The translations under genes were made by a program, and so were the position numbers. The notes beneath the pieces are model-generated. The model searched no databases, was not told where the DNA came from, and saw only the letters and a program-made list of their open reading frames with translations. A DNA stretch of 64,000 nucleotides from Nitrospinota bacterium (GTDB lineage Bacteria > Nitrospinota > Nitrospinia > Nitrospinales > JACRGP01), in the NCBI GenBank assembly GCA_016207065.1, contig JACQQK010000178.1:5740-69739 (forward strand), in the 5' to 3' direction. This document shows, piece after piece, positions 43,705 through 54,434 of this stretch. Numbering within the stretch: the stretch's first letter is position 1; every line of letters starts with the position of its first letter.

Positions 43705-44061
43705 TTATTTGATATGAGAATGCAGAATCGCGGAATCCAGAATGGCCTTATTGCCGCCGGCGTTTTTCTGGGCGCCTTTGAAGTGCATGGTGGCGTCGCT
43801 ATGTTTACCCATTTTATCCAGGGTGATGGCCTCGTTGAAATGAACTTCGCCCAATTTGGGGTCCGCCTTGGAGGCGGCCTCGAAATGTTTCAACGCGACG
43901 TCGTAATGACCTTGACCGTAATGAGCAATACCCTCTTCATTGTGCTTGTTCGCGTCCGCATTGGCCCCCGCGGGCAATGCCAGCGGACCTTCGTCGGCGA
44001 AAACGGCTAAAGGAAGCGACAACATGGCGAACGCGATAAGAGCTACCAGAACCCTCTTCAT
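43705..44061 (-). CDS. Small secreted TPR-like protein
   Basis: Signal peptide 'MKRVLVALIAFAMLSLPLAVFA'. 'GIAHYGQGHYDVALKHFEAASKADPKLGEVHFNEAITLDKMGK' is TPR-like. Confidence 0.55.
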   Translation of the reverse strand: MKRVLVALIAFAMLSLPLAVFADEGPLALPAGANADANKHNEEGIAHYGQGHYDVALKHFEAASKADPKLGEVHFNEAITLDKMGKHSDATMHFKGAQKNAGGNKAILDSAILHSHIK

Positions 44062-44263
44062 AACAAAGCCCCCCAAAAATAGTTTGTAATATTAGCGCAA
44101 CCGCTCTTTTTCAAAGACGATATTTCTAAATCTACCACTTTTCGATTTGGCAAAACAATATCAATTTGGCCCGCATTTTCCCGCTCAAATCCGTTGAGGA
44201 CTTTCACGGCCTCAGCAAGTGGGTTGCAGACGCCGCATGACAAGACTTCGATCTCGACGGGAT

Positions 44264-45949
44264 TCAGCGCGACCAGGGGTATGCGGGAAGGGTCGTCAAC
44301 CGGCCGTCCTCGACGGGTCCGCCGACGGTGAAATGATAGAGGCTTTGAAAAGCGTTCCCCTCGATCCCCAGGATTTGATGGACGGGGTCGTCGAAATAAC
44401 AACCGATTCCCGTGCCGCGGACGCCCGCTTCCTCCGCGGCCAGGTAGAGGGCCTGCCCCGCCATCCCGCTTTCCCAAAACAGGCGCCGGTAAAACCAGGC
44501 GCCATATTCCTCCAGGGAGGCGGAAAACTCGGCGATCATCCCCAGGCTGAAGGCGCCGTCCCCGGCGATGCCCTGCGTACAACTCACTTGCGTAGCCAGT
44601 CCCCGAAAATCCCCCTTCTGGAGCAAATACAAACCAAGTCCCGCGGGGCAACCGTCCGGCTCTTCCCAGGCAAACTCCAGTTTAAAGGCCGATTTCAACC
44701 GTCCGAGCTTTTCCGGATCGCGGACCAGGAAATAAAGGCCCGGCGGCAATCCCCGCACGCGATGGACAAACAGGCAAAAGTGTATCCGGGGCGACCATGC
44801 AATGACGTCCCAGGGGACGTTGGGGGACATCAAGGGCGCCGTATGGGACAATATCCGGTAAAACTCCCTGGCGTCGATATGGGTCATGCCGTCGAAGGCG
44901 ACGGCGCTCCGTCTCTGCCGGACGATCTGGCGCGCCGTAACGCGTTCGCTCCGCGCCGAGGGAATCCCCTCGCAAAGACCCACCGTTTCCCGTTCGCGAT
45001 CAAAACCGGTAACGCGGCACGGACTTTTTAGAGAAACCGTTCCGCCGCTCTTCCAGGTCGCGTGGGCAACCGCGTCGATGATGTCCCATGCGCGCGCATC
45101 GTGGCTCAACCGGTTGGCCCGGCCCGCCCACTCGCCTCCGGCTATTTTGGAAACGGCGGCCGGATCCAGCCCAAGGATCGTTTCGGCGCGCGCGGTATTG
45201 GGAAACACGGCGCAAACCAGGTCGGGATGCTCCCTCTCGGCGCCCTGAAAATCCGCCTCCCGGTCGATTCCGAACAAGCGCGAAAGGCCGGGGTCGTCCA
45301 TCTCCTCCAGCAAGACCGCATTCCACCCCAGAGTGGCGGACGCGACGCGATACGCCGCCAACGCATGACCCACGTCGTGCTGGCAGTAACGAAAAGCCCG
45401 CTCGCCATACTTCCACGCTTCCCGCCAGTGGATCGACGTCAATCCCGCGAGGAAGGTCCCCGGCGGGAAACCGCGCGTCAACCCGGACCAGGTTTCGGCC
45501 GAAAACCCGGCCCGGCGCTCCAAGGCGTGTTCGCGGGCGCAATAATGATACACTCCCGAACCCGCATCGAACCCTTCGACGGACGGGAGAACGAGGTAGC
45601 CCTCGGTCGGATGCAGATTGCCGCTGGAAGGATTGCTACGCAGGGCCCAACGCACATCGCCCGCCTGTTTCCAGGCCGATACCGCGAGAGACAGTTCCAG
45701 AAAACGCGACACGCCATGGGCCGTCAGCGGCTCCGGAGGAACCGCCCCGGGTTTGAATATCTCCCGGTAAGGAGGGGATTCGTCGGCCACGATGGCGGGC
45801 AAATAAACGACGGGAGCCCCGGAGAATCTCCGGAACGGGTCCGGCTGGCTCGACCAGTCCATGTAACCGGGACCCCGGGCGTAGCGATGATAATTGTGTT
45901 TGGTCGTCTCGTGATAAAAAATCGTTTGCCGGATCGACTCGTCGTCCAT
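44264..45949 (-). CDS. SagB/ThcOx-type tandem nitroreductase-family dehydrogenase
   Basis: 'IFYHETTKHNYHRYARGPGYMDWSSQPDPFRRF', with two nitroreductase-like halves. The start is taken at 'MDDES' (45949) rather than ORF-track 46072. Confidence 0.65.
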   Translation of the reverse strand: MDDESIRQTIFYHETTKHNYHRYARGPGYMDWSSQPDPFRRFSGAPVVYLPAIVADESPPYREIFKPGAVPPEPLTAHGVSRFLELSLAVSAWKQAGDVRWALRSNPSSGNLHPTEGYLVLPSVEGFDAGSGVYHYCAREHALERRAGFSAETWSGLTRGFPPGTFLAGLTSIHWREAWKYGERAFRYCQHDVGHALAAYRVASATLGWNAVLLEEMDDPGLSRLFGIDREADFQGAEREHPDLVCAVFPNTARAETILGLDPAAVSKIAGGEWAGRANRLSHDARAWDIIDAVAHATWKSGGTVSLKSPCRVTGFDRERETVGLCEGIPSARSERVTARQIVRQRRSAVAFDGMTHIDAREFYRILSHTAPLMSPNVPWDVIAWSPRIHFCLFVHRVRGLPPGLYFLVRDPEKLGRLKSAFKLEFAWEEPDGCPAGLGLYLLQKGDFRGLATQVSCTQGIAGDGAFSLGMIAEFSASLEEYGAWFYRRLFWESGMAGQALYLAAEEAGVRGTGIGCYFDDPVHQILGIEGNAFQSLYHFTVGGPVEDGRLTTLPAYPWSR

Positions 45950-46147
45950 GCGCCTCTCTTTCCAGGACAAAACAGCGAGGAATCTCATTTCGCCAGACAG
46001 TCTAAAGTATTGTGCCACGAACGGCCGATAACCAGCGTGATTAAATGAAAACCAAACCGCCTTGCAAAGCAAACCGTTGCCCCTTGATTGACAGCCCGAA
46101 TTTAACTAAACTAGAGGGAAATCGCTGAAACATCTCCGAGACCTCTC

Positions 46148-46633
46148 ATGAACGACCGTCCGCCTTTGGATGTGGAAAAACTGACGCTGGAAAAACTTGC
46201 CGGCGGAAGCGCCCTGAACCTGGAAAACCTAGGGTTGGGGGACGACGGCGCCAGGAAACTCGCCGCCTTGGAAACCTTGCTGAAGGCCAGCGCTCTCGAA
46301 CTGGGGGACAACGGAATCGGCGATGAAGGCGTCGCCGCGCTGGCCCGTTCTCCCTACCTCCGTAATTTGCGGACATTGAACCTGAAGTCGAACAACATCA
46401 CGGCCGAAGGCGCCCAGGCCCTGGCGAACTCGGAATACCTTGCGCAACTGGACCAGTTGGTCCTGAAGTTCAACCGGATCGGCGAGGAGGGGGCAAAACA
46501 TCTCGCCGCGTCCCAATACCTTTGCAAGCTCACGACGCTGGACCTGTTTAGAAACCACATCGGGCCGGAAGGCGCGCGCGCCATCAAACAGTCCAAACAC
46601 CTTTCCCGATGTAGCCGGGTCCGCCTGGATTGA
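46148..46633 (+). CDS. Leucine-rich-repeat (RNI-like) protein
   Basis: Repeats of 'L..L.L..N.IG.EGA.AL', for example 'LELGDNGIGDEGVAALA' and 'LNLKSNNITAEGAQALA'. Confidence 0.7.
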   Translation: MNDRPPLDVEKLTLEKLAGGSALNLENLGLGDDGARKLAALETLLKASALELGDNGIGDEGVAALARSPYLRNLRTLNLKSNNITAEGAQALANSEYLAQLDQLVLKFNRIGEEGAKHLAASQYLCKLTTLDLFRNHIGPEGARAIKQSKHLSRCSRVRLD

Positions 46634-46666
46634 AGCGCCTCCATCCAGGCAGGAGGGACATCTATC

Positions 46667-47095
46667 ATGGATTTGACGCTATCGTTTCCCACCAGCCCCA
46701 GGGAGCGGATGTGCGGGATTGTCCACGTCCCCCGCATGATCGACAAGGCCCGCGCCTTCAGGAAAAACGCCATGGGCGAATATATCTATCCCTGTCCTCT
46801 GGACAAGATGATTTTGAATTTCCTGCGGACCGACCCCGTCGAGTTTTGCCAGTACGTCGTGGACCACGATCGCGGCCAAATTGAGGGGTGGGTGGCGGAA
46901 AAAAGCATGGCCCGGAGCGAATCCGAAAAAGAATTCATCAACCGGCAGATCCTGGAACGGGCTCCCGACTCGGAGGACCGTTGGAAATATTTCTACGAGA
47001 TTCGCGACAAAATCGACCCCTCGCGAACGGACATCACAACCTGGGTGGACCTGATCGACTTGGAGGAAGGCCGCCTTCAACCCAAAGCGTCTTGA
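46667..47095 (+). CDS. DUF5069-family protein
   Basis: 'PRERMCGIVHVPRMIDKARA...GEYIYPCPLD...RTDITTWVDLIDLEE' matches my recollection of DUF5069. Confidence 0.55.
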   Translation: MDLTLSFPTSPRERMCGIVHVPRMIDKARAFRKNAMGEYIYPCPLDKMILNFLRTDPVEFCQYVVDHDRGQIEGWVAEKSMARSESEKEFINRQILERAPDSEDRWKYFYEIRDKIDPSRTDITTWVDLIDLEEGRLQPKAS

Positions 47096-47190
47096 AATTT
47101 CCTTGCAAAAATCATCCCGTCGCTTTCCGCTCCCGGCGGTATTTTCCGCCCGGAAACGGCATGAGACCGCGACTTTCCTGAACATCCGGC

Positions 47191-49599
47191 ATGACCGATC
47201 AACTTAAACAACCGATTAAACAACCGATGAGGACCGCGCGCCGGAGGCGCAGGGCCTCGGAAAAGTTTTCCTTTTTAAAACTCGCCCTGCTGTGCGGGTT
47301 TTTGCTTTTGCTGGCGGTCGTTTCCTTCGGGTCCGTCGCCGCGGGTTACATCTATTTCAAGTTCTCCGACGACCTGCCCGACGTCGCGGTCTTGAAGAAC
47401 TATCAACCCAGCATCATCACGCGCATATACTCCGACAAGGACGAGTTGATCGGCGAATTCGACGTGGAAAAAAGGGTCCTTGTCCCGCTGGAGAAAATCC
47501 CCCTGAAGCTGAAGCAGGCCACCCTCGCCGTCGAGGACGCGAACTTCTACTCCCACTGGGGCATCGACCCCAAAGCCATCTTCCGGGCCTTTTTCGCCAA
47601 CCTCCAGGCCGGGCACGTGGTCGAGGGCGCCAGCACCATCACCCAGCAATTGTCCAAGACGTTTTTTCTTTCCCGCGAAAAAAGCATCGAGCGGAAAATT
47701 CGCGAGGCGATACTGGCGGTCCGTTTGGAAGCGTTGTTCGGCAAGGACGAGATCCTGGAAATGTACCTGAACCATATCTACTATGGACACGGGACCTATG
47801 GCGTGGAAGCCGCGGCGCAAACCTATTTCGGCAAACACGTCCAGGACCTGACCCTGGAGCAATGCGCGACGATCGTCGGCCTCCCCAAGGCGCCGAACCA
47901 CTACTCCCCCTACCGGAACCCCGAGCAGGCCAGGCAACGGCGCAACCACGTGATACGGCGCATGGCCGCCCTCGACTTCATCGACGAGAAGGAGGCGGAC
48001 CGGGCGCTCAAAAGCGATATCAAACTGGGAGGAAGCCTCGACCGGCTGAACGAGGCCCCCTACTTCGTGGAATACATCCGGCAATTCCTCGAGGACAAAT
48101 ACGGAAGCTCCAAAATGTATCACGACGGGTTGGAGGTCTACACGACGCTGAACTTGAAGGACCAGGTCATCGCCCAGAAGGCCGTGCGGGAAAACCTGCG
48201 GGTGGCCGACAAGCGCTATGGTTACCGGGGTCCGGTGGCCAAGGTGGACCCCGGCTGGAGCCATGCCGCCATGCAAAAATACGCCAGGGACCTCAATGAA
48301 TTTAAAAACGGCGAAGGCGTCCAGGAGGGCAAGATCGTCCGCGGCATCGTGGCGGACGTGGGTCCCGATCAGGTCCGTGTCCTTTTTGGAAACGGCGAGG
48401 GCATCATCGATATCGACAACATGAGCTGGGCCCGCCCCCCCAACCTCAAGGTCGACGGAGCCTGGGCCAGGATCCGTTCCCCGGGCGAAGCGTTATCCGT
48501 CGGCGACATCATCCTCGCGAAACCCTTGAGCGCCTCTCCCAGCGGAATTTGGTCCCTGGCCCTCGAGCAGGAGCCCGAAGTCGAGGCGGGATTGCTGAGC
48601 CTCGACCGCGGCGGAAATATCAAGGCGATGGTGGGCGGCTACGATTTTTCCCGAAGCCAGTTCAACCGCGCCCTCCAGGCGGTGCGTCAACCGGGGTCGG
48701 CATTCAAGCCCGTCATCTACGCGACCGCCATCTCGCAGGGGTTCACCCCGGCCAGCATCATCATCGATTCGCCGATAATCTTTAAAGACAAGGAGGATTA
48801 TTTCGACGACCGGTGGAAACCGGAGAACTTCGAGGAAAAATTTTACGGCCCCACTTCGCTGAGGACCGCCCTGACCCATTCCCGCAACGTCGTGACGATA
48901 AAGCTTCTGCAAAACATCGGCGTGAAAAAAGCCATCCAACTGGCGAGGAAGCTGGGGATTTCCAGCCCGCTGTCGGAAAACCTTTCCATCGCCCTGGGCT
49001 CGTCGGGCGTTACGCTCTATGAATTAACGACCGCGTTTTCCGTGTTCGCCAACAATGGAAAACTGATTTCCCCCATGCCCGTCCGCTATATCAAGGACCG
49101 CAACAAGGAAGTCATCTACACGGCGCAACCGAAAATCGTCGATGTCCTTCCGGGCGGAGTGGCTTACGTGATCACCAACATGCTGGAAAGCGTGGTGCAG
49201 GATGGGACCGCCGTCAAAGTCAAGGCCCTCAAGCGGCCGGTGGCGGGGAAAACGGGGACCACGAACAATTACGTCGATGCCTGGTTCGTGGGTTTCACTC
49301 CCGAACTGATGACGGGCGTGTGGGTGGGAAAGGACAAGGACGAGTCGCTGGGCATCAACGAAACGGGCGCGCGGGCCGCCATCCCCATCTGGCTGGACTA
49401 CATGAAGGACGCCCTGGAAGGGGAGCCGGTCAAGGACTTCGAAGCGCCCGAGGACGTGACGTTCCTGAGAATCAACCCGGAGACGGGCAGGGCCTCGGGA
49501 TTCGACGACCCAGCCTCGAAATTCGAAGCGTTCCTCGGCTCCAACCTTCCGGAAAAAAGCGCGGGGAGCCCGGCCCCGGCCGTCGAAAACACCTTCTAA
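47191..49599 (+). CDS. mrcA: Class A penicillin-binding protein (PBP1A; transglycosylase + transpeptidase)
   Basis: 'AVEDANFYSHWGIDP', 'GASTITQQL', 'RKIREA'; 'GSAFKP', 'SRN', 'KTGTTN'. Confidence 0.9.
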   Translation: MTDQLKQPIKQPMRTARRRRRASEKFSFLKLALLCGFLLLLAVVSFGSVAAGYIYFKFSDDLPDVAVLKNYQPSIITRIYSDKDELIGEFDVEKRVLVPLEKIPLKLKQATLAVEDANFYSHWGIDPKAIFRAFFANLQAGHVVEGASTITQQLSKTFFLSREKSIERKIREAILAVRLEALFGKDEILEMYLNHIYYGHGTYGVEAAAQTYFGKHVQDLTLEQCATIVGLPKAPNHYSPYRNPEQARQRRNHVIRRMAALDFIDEKEADRALKSDIKLGGSLDRLNEAPYFVEYIRQFLEDKYGSSKMYHDGLEVYTTLNLKDQVIAQKAVRENLRVADKRYGYRGPVAKVDPGWSHAAMQKYARDLNEFKNGEGVQEGKIVRGIVADVGPDQVRVLFGNGEGIIDIDNMSWARPPNLKVDGAWARIRSPGEALSVGDIILAKPLSASPSGIWSLALEQEPEVEAGLLSLDRGGNIKAMVGGYDFSRSQFNRALQAVRQPGSAFKPVIYATAISQGFTPASIIIDSPIIFKDKEDYFDDRWKPENFEEKFYGPTSLRTALTHSRNVVTIKLLQNIGVKKAIQLARKLGISSPLSENLSIALGSSGVTLYELTTAFSVFANNGKLISPMPVRYIKDRNKEVIYTAQPKIVDVLPGGVAYVITNMLESVVQDGTAVKVKALKRPVAGKTGTTNNYVDAWFVGFTPELMTGVWVGKDKDESLGINETGARAAIPIWLDYMKDALEGEPVKDFEAPEDVTFLRINPETGRASGFDDPASKFEAFLGSNLPEKSAGSPAPAVENTF

Positions 49600-49614
49600 C
49601 CCGCGGGGCTCGGG

Positions 49615-51603
49615 CTACTCCGGCTGGACGATCTTGCCCCCCTTGAGCTTCAAGGCAAAAATGGTCTTCTCCGCTTCGCCCGAAGCGAGGATGTCGGTCT
49701 TTCCGGAAACGCCGGGGAAATCCCTTGTCGCGCGCAGGCGCTCATTGACGGCCATGCGGTTCGTAGCGCCATTGCGGACCAGTTCCATGATCATCCGGGC
49801 GGCGTCGTAGGCCTGGGCGGAAATAATAGTGGGGTCCTCGGCAAAGGTGGCCTTGAAATTATTCACGAATTCCCGGGTGTGCTGGTCCTGGGAATTCAAG
49901 AAAAAGCCGTCGACGAAAATCCCGTTCTTTAAAAACTTGCCGGCGATTTTCGCCAGCTCGGGAGAATTCCATCCGCTGGCTCCCAGCAAAGCCACGTTGT
50001 CGATATTATAGAAAGCCAACTGCGGGGCTATAAGTCCGATCTTGTCGTAAAAACCGGGCATGAAAATGGCGTCGTAGTTCAACACCAGGGAAACCTTCAT
50101 CCCTTCGGTCTGCCCGTTGTTCAAAACCTCTTTCTGGATCCGGATCCGGGACAAAGACGTGTCCCCCTCCAGTTCCGCGGGTTCGTCGCCATTGAGCGCG
50201 CTTTGATTGGCCCGTTTTTTCATGGCGCCGTCGGGCATTCCTCCGATTTGCAGAATCTGTTCCTTGAAGTCGTTTTGCTTGCGGTTGTATGAAACGACGG
50301 CGACTATTTCCCCCCCCAGCGCCTGGACCGCCCGGGAAAATATCTCTTTCAACTCCACTCCGTAAGCGTCTTCAGGGTAAAGGACGGCAAACCGGCGCAG
50401 TCCCATGTTGTTGAACGCATAGCGGGCCAGGAACTTTCCCTGGATTTCCTTGGTCAACGCGTTCCGGAAGACATAAGAGTTTGGCTGGAGCAGGTCCGAT
50501 GAGGAAGCGGTCGGCGTGAATACCGGGATCCGGTATTTTTCGGCCAACGGGGCGATTTTCTTGACGTCCGCGCTCAATACCGGGCCAACAACGCCCACAA
50601 CGGACGGATCGGCCGCCAGCTCCTCCACGACTTGCGAGACGGCCTGGGAATCGCCGGAGTTTTTCACGGCCAGTTCCAACCTCTGTTTGTCCGCCGGGGG
50701 AAGCTGGTTCCAGGCCAACTGAATGCCTTGGAGGACCTGCTGGCCCGTCATGGCATATTTTCCCGTCAGGGGCAAAACCACGCCCAGGCGGATGACTTTC
50801 GGCCTGGCGGACTTGACCTGGGCCAGTTTTCTTTCGATATCGTCCCTCAGGGGATGCCGGGGTAACCGCGTTAAAAATTCCTCCAGCGAAGCCTGGTAAT
50901 TTTCCCGGTCTCCTTCCATCCTGTAAATGGAGTGCAACTTCAAAAGCAACAAGTCCAACGGAAAATCTCCGCGGACTTTTCGCGCCAGGGAAAGGACCGC
51001 CATTTTAGAGAGTTTTTCCTCGACCAGTTCCTCGATCGTCCGGGAAGCTTGACTCTTCAAGTCCTCATAAGGGCTCTCGTTGTGGACGTAGTTCAGCTTG
51101 GTTATCGCGTTTGAATGATCGAGCCGTTTCTCGTCGATCCGCCCCAGATACAAGGCGGCCTCCCACCTCTTTTTCACGTCCGGGTGGAGTTTCAACTCTT
51201 CCCGGAAAATACTTTCGGCCTCGGCGTACCGGCCAAGATTGAAAGCGCTCGCCGCTATCTCGAACTTGATTTGATGGAAAAAGGCGGCATTCGGATAGTT
51301 ATTCAAAATAAAATTAAAATAGCGGAGGGCCGTTATGTACGAACCGCTTTTGGACTCGATTTGCCCAAGGCGCAGAAGGGCCTGCTCCGCCCTCCGGTCC
51401 GTCGGATAACGGGCCAGAAAGTCATGGTAAAGTTCTTGCGCCTCCGCGGAATTCCCGGCGCGGAATTGGAACTCCGCCTGTCCGAACGGATCTGTCTTCC
51501 CTGGGTCGCCGCCGCTTTCCAAAGCGTGCGCCCGGCCCCCGGAGAGCGCGAGACAACACAAAACCGCCGCGAGAAAGAAAATGCGTTGGGAACGCTTTTT
51601 CAT
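49615..51603 (-). CDS. Secreted TPR + type-1 periplasmic-binding-fold protein (LpoA-like architecture)
   Basis: Signal peptide 'MKKRSQRIFFLAAVLCCLALSG', N-terminal TPR-like repeats, and a C-terminal Leu/Ile/Val-binding-protein-like fold ('LGVVLPLTGKYA...'). Convergent with PBP1A. Confidence 0.6.
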   Translation of the reverse strand: MKKRSQRIFFLAAVLCCLALSGGRAHALESGGDPGKTDPFGQAEFQFRAGNSAEAQELYHDFLARYPTDRRAEQALLRLGQIESKSGSYITALRYFNFILNNYPNAAFFHQIKFEIAASAFNLGRYAEAESIFREELKLHPDVKKRWEAALYLGRIDEKRLDHSNAITKLNYVHNESPYEDLKSQASRTIEELVEEKLSKMAVLSLARKVRGDFPLDLLLLKLHSIYRMEGDRENYQASLEEFLTRLPRHPLRDDIERKLAQVKSARPKVIRLGVVLPLTGKYAMTGQQVLQGIQLAWNQLPPADKQRLELAVKNSGDSQAVSQVVEELAADPSVVGVVGPVLSADVKKIAPLAEKYRIPVFTPTASSSDLLQPNSYVFRNALTKEIQGKFLARYAFNNMGLRRFAVLYPEDAYGVELKEIFSRAVQALGGEIVAVVSYNRKQNDFKEQILQIGGMPDGAMKKRANQSALNGDEPAELEGDTSLSRIRIQKEVLNNGQTEGMKVSLVLNYDAIFMPGFYDKIGLIAPQLAFYNIDNVALLGASGWNSPELAKIAGKFLKNGIFVDGFFLNSQDQHTREFVNNFKATFAEDPTIISAQAYDAARMIMELVRNGATNRMAVNERLRATRDFPGVSGKTDILASGEAEKTIFALKLKGGKIVQPE

Positions 51604-51702
51604 CCCTCCATGATTAAAGACGCCGCGAATTTTTAAAAATTCAAATCGCATTCCGTTTTCTCTTGTTCGAAATTGCGGCCTGAAGCCGGCGGAAGGGGCG
51701 GG

Positions 51703-53097
51703 TCAACTCTCGCCGTCCGTTTTTCCCTTGAGGTTGTGCTTTTGAACGCGGTAGCGCATCGACCGGAAGCTCAGGTTCAACAGTTTGGCGGCCTTGTGGA
51801 CGATCCCGTTCGTTTTATACAGAGCGCCCTGGATCATCCTTTTTTCTATCTGGTCGAGCGTTTTTTCCAAATCGACCGGTTGGTCGCCAATGGCGGGAAT
51901 CGAGGCCGGGGCCCCGCCTTCTCCCATGAGGATTTCCTCCGGGAGACTGGAAACCTGGACCAAGTCGCCGGCTTCCAGGACAATGGCGCGTTCGACGGCG
52001 TTTTCCAGTTCGCGCACGTTTCCCGGCCAACGGTATCTTTCCAGGACTTTCAAAGCGTCGGGGTGGATGCCGCGAATGGGAATCCGGCGCTGGTGCAAGC
52101 CATTGAACTTGGCGATGAAATATTCCACCAGGAATGGAATGTCCTCCCGCCTTTCCCGCAGGGGCGGAAGATGGATGGGGATGACGTTGAGCCGGTAATA
52201 CAAGTCCTCGCGAAACGACTTGTCCCCGACCGCCCGGACCACGTCCCTGTTCGTGGCGGCGATGATGCGTAAATCCGCCTTGATCGTCCGGGTCCCGCCC
52301 ACGCGCGTGAACTCCTTTTCCTGCAGGACGCGCAACAACTTCACCTGGGTCCCCAGGGGGGTCTCGCAGACCTCGTCCAAAAAAAAAGTGCCCTTATGGG
52401 CCATCTCCATCAACCCCGCCTTGGCCGAGTCGGCGCTGGTGAAGGCCCCCTTCTCGTGTCCGAAAAGTTCGCTTTCGAGCAGGTTCTCCGGGATGGCCCC
52501 GCAGTTGACGGACACGAAAGGATGGTTTTTGCGCGGCCCGTTCAGATGAATGGTCCGGGCCGCCAGTTCCTTCCCGGCGCCGCTTTCGCCGGTGATCATG
52601 ACGGTGGCGTTGCTATCGGAAACCCTCTGGATCGAATCCAGGACCTTTTGCATGACCGGGCTTTTGCTGACATGGCTGGAAAAGCCGTACTTGTCCTTCA
52701 GGGCGGTTTTGAGGATGAAGTTCTCGTCGGAAAGCTTCTTCTTCTCGACGGCGTTCTTGACGATCAGTTGCAGGTCCTCGATCTTGAACGGTTTCGAGAG
52801 GTAGTCGTACGCTCCCTTCTTCATCGCCTCGACGGCCGTCTCGTGGGAAGCGTAGGCCGTCATCATCACCACCGGCGTGTTGGGACTGACCTTTTTCGCC
52901 GTTTCCAGGACGTCGATGCCGTTGGAGCGCGGCATTTTGATGTCCGTTATCACCACGTCAAACGCGTTTTCCCGGATGAGATTCGCCGCCATTTCGCCGC
53001 TGTTGGCGGTCGTCACGCTATACCCCTCCTTCTCCAACATGATGGAGAGGAAATCGCACATGCTCTTTTCGTTGTCGACGACCAGGATCGCGCTCAT
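51703..53097 (-). CDS. Sigma54-dependent response regulator (NtrC family)
   Basis: REC 'AILVVDNE...VITDIKMP', AAA+ 'ITGESGAGKELAARTIH', 'GAFTSA' (GAFTGA variant), and a C-terminal Fis-type HTH. No adjacent kinase. Confidence 0.85.
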   Translation of the reverse strand: MSAILVVDNEKSMCDFLSIMLEKEGYSVTTANSGEMAANLIRENAFDVVITDIKMPRSNGIDVLETAKKVSPNTPVVMMTAYASHETAVEAMKKGAYDYLSKPFKIEDLQLIVKNAVEKKKLSDENFILKTALKDKYGFSSHVSKSPVMQKVLDSIQRVSDSNATVMITGESGAGKELAARTIHLNGPRKNHPFVSVNCGAIPENLLESELFGHEKGAFTSADSAKAGLMEMAHKGTFFLDEVCETPLGTQVKLLRVLQEKEFTRVGGTRTIKADLRIIAATNRDVVRAVGDKSFREDLYYRLNVIPIHLPPLRERREDIPFLVEYFIAKFNGLHQRRIPIRGIHPDALKVLERYRWPGNVRELENAVERAIVLEAGDLVQVSSLPEEILMGEGGAPASIPAIGDQPVDLEKTLDQIEKRMIQGALYKTNGIVHKAAKLLNLSFRSMRYRVQKHNLKGKTDGES

Positions 53098-53169
53098 ATT
53101 CGATATATACGCCCAAAAATCCGGCAAATCAAGCAGAGCGCCTCCGTCCGCTTTTTCCATTTTTATCCA

Positions 53170-54378
53170 TTAGTCGGCGCCGAAAGTCTGCGAATAAATC
53201 TTCAGCCGCAGGGCGTTCAGGCGGATGAACCCCTCCGCGTCGTTCTGCCGGTAAACGTCGTCCTCCTCGAACGTGGCCATGCGTTGGTGGTACAGGGACT
53301 TGTCGGCCTTCCGTCCGATCGCGGAACAATTGCCCTTGTAGAGCTTGAGCCGGACGGTCCCATTGACGTTTTTCTGCGCGTCGTCGAACGTCCTCTGCAA
53401 CATTTCCCGTTCGGGCGAATACCAGAATCCGTTGTAGATCATCCGCGCGTAGGCGGGGATCAGCGAATCGCGGAGGAACATCACCTCGCGGTCCAGGGTG
53501 ATGGACTCCATGGCGCGGTGGGCGCAATGGAGGATGGTCCCGCCCGGCGTCTCGTAAACCCCGCGGGACTTCATGCCTACGAACCTGCTTTCGACGATAT
53601 CGACGCGCCCGATGCCGTTCCGGCCTCCGAGTTCATTCAGACGGGCCAGCAGTTTGGCCGGGCTCAACAACTCGCCGTTGACGGCGATCGGATTCCCGTT
53701 TTTGTAATCGATCTCGACGACGGTCGGCTTGTCGGGCGCCGTTTCGGGAGAGACGCTCATCAGGAACATGTCGTCGTGCGGCGCGTACCAGGGGTCCTCG
53801 AGGACCCCGCCTTCGTAGCTCACGTGGAACAAGTTGCGGTCCATGCTGTAAGGCTTGTCCTTGGTCACCGGGACCGGGATGCCGTGGGCCTTGGCGTAAT
53901 CGATGAGGGCGCTACGGGAATTGAGGTCCCATTCGCGCCACGGAGCGATGATCTTGATCCCGGGGTTCAACGTCATGTAAGTCAATTCGAAGCGCACCTG
54001 GTCGTTGCCCTTTCCGGTGGCGCCATGGGAGACGCCGTCGGCCCCTTCCTTGGCGGCGATCCGGACCTGCTCCTTGGCGATCAGCGGACGGGCGATGGAC
54101 GTCCCCAACAGGTAGTTGTTCTCGTAATAGGCGTTGGCCCGCAACATGGGGAACACGAAATCGGCGACGAATTCCTCCTTCAGGTCCTCGATGTAGACCT
54201 TGCTCGCGCCGGTGGCCAAGGCTTTCTCCCGCACCGGGTCCAACTCGGCGCCCTGGCCGATGTCGGCGGAAAACGCGACGATCTCGCACTGGTATTTTTC
54301 CTTCAGCCATTTGATGATCACGGAGGTGTCCAACCCGCCGGAATAAGCCAAAACGATTTTTTTAAATTCTGTTTTCAT
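53170..54378 (-). CDS. argG: Argininosuccinate synthase
   Basis: '[14 protein letters not shown]', '[15 protein letters not shown]', 402 aa. Confidence 0.92.
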   Translation of the reverse strand: MKTEFKKIVLAYSGGLDTSVIIKWLKEKYQCEIVAFSADIGQGAELDPVREKALATGASKVYIEDLKEEFVADFVFPMLRANAYYENNYLLGTSIARPLIAKEQVRIAAKEGADGVSHGATGKGNDQVRFELTYMTLNPGIKIIAPWREWDLNSRSALIDYAKAHGIPVPVTKDKPYSMDRNLFHVSYEGGVLEDPWYAPHDDMFLMSVSPETAPDKPTVVEIDYKNGNPIAVNGELLSPAKLLARLNELGGRNGIGRVDIVESRFVGMKSRGVYETPGGTILHCAHRAMESITLDREVMFLRDSLIPAYARMIYNGFWYSPEREMLQRTFDDAQKNVNGTVRLKLYKGNCSAIGRKADKSLYHQRMATFEEDDVYRQNDAEGFIRLNALRLKIYSQTFGAD

Positions 54379-54434
54379 AGCTCCTTCTTGCTCGAATGAT
54401 GGTTGTAAGGAAACAATACGATTTTATCTCTATA

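Noticed and set aside
44058-44263. Possible RiPP precursor downstream of the SagB-type dehydrogenase (TTG-initiated 60-codon frame '...SCGVCNPLAEAV...SGCANITNYFWGALL*')
   Set aside because: There is no ATG or SD, the C-terminus is not rich in Cys, Ser, Thr or Gly, and no YcaO/cyclodehydratase or other maturation genes are nearby. The frame is the tail of a shadow ORF.
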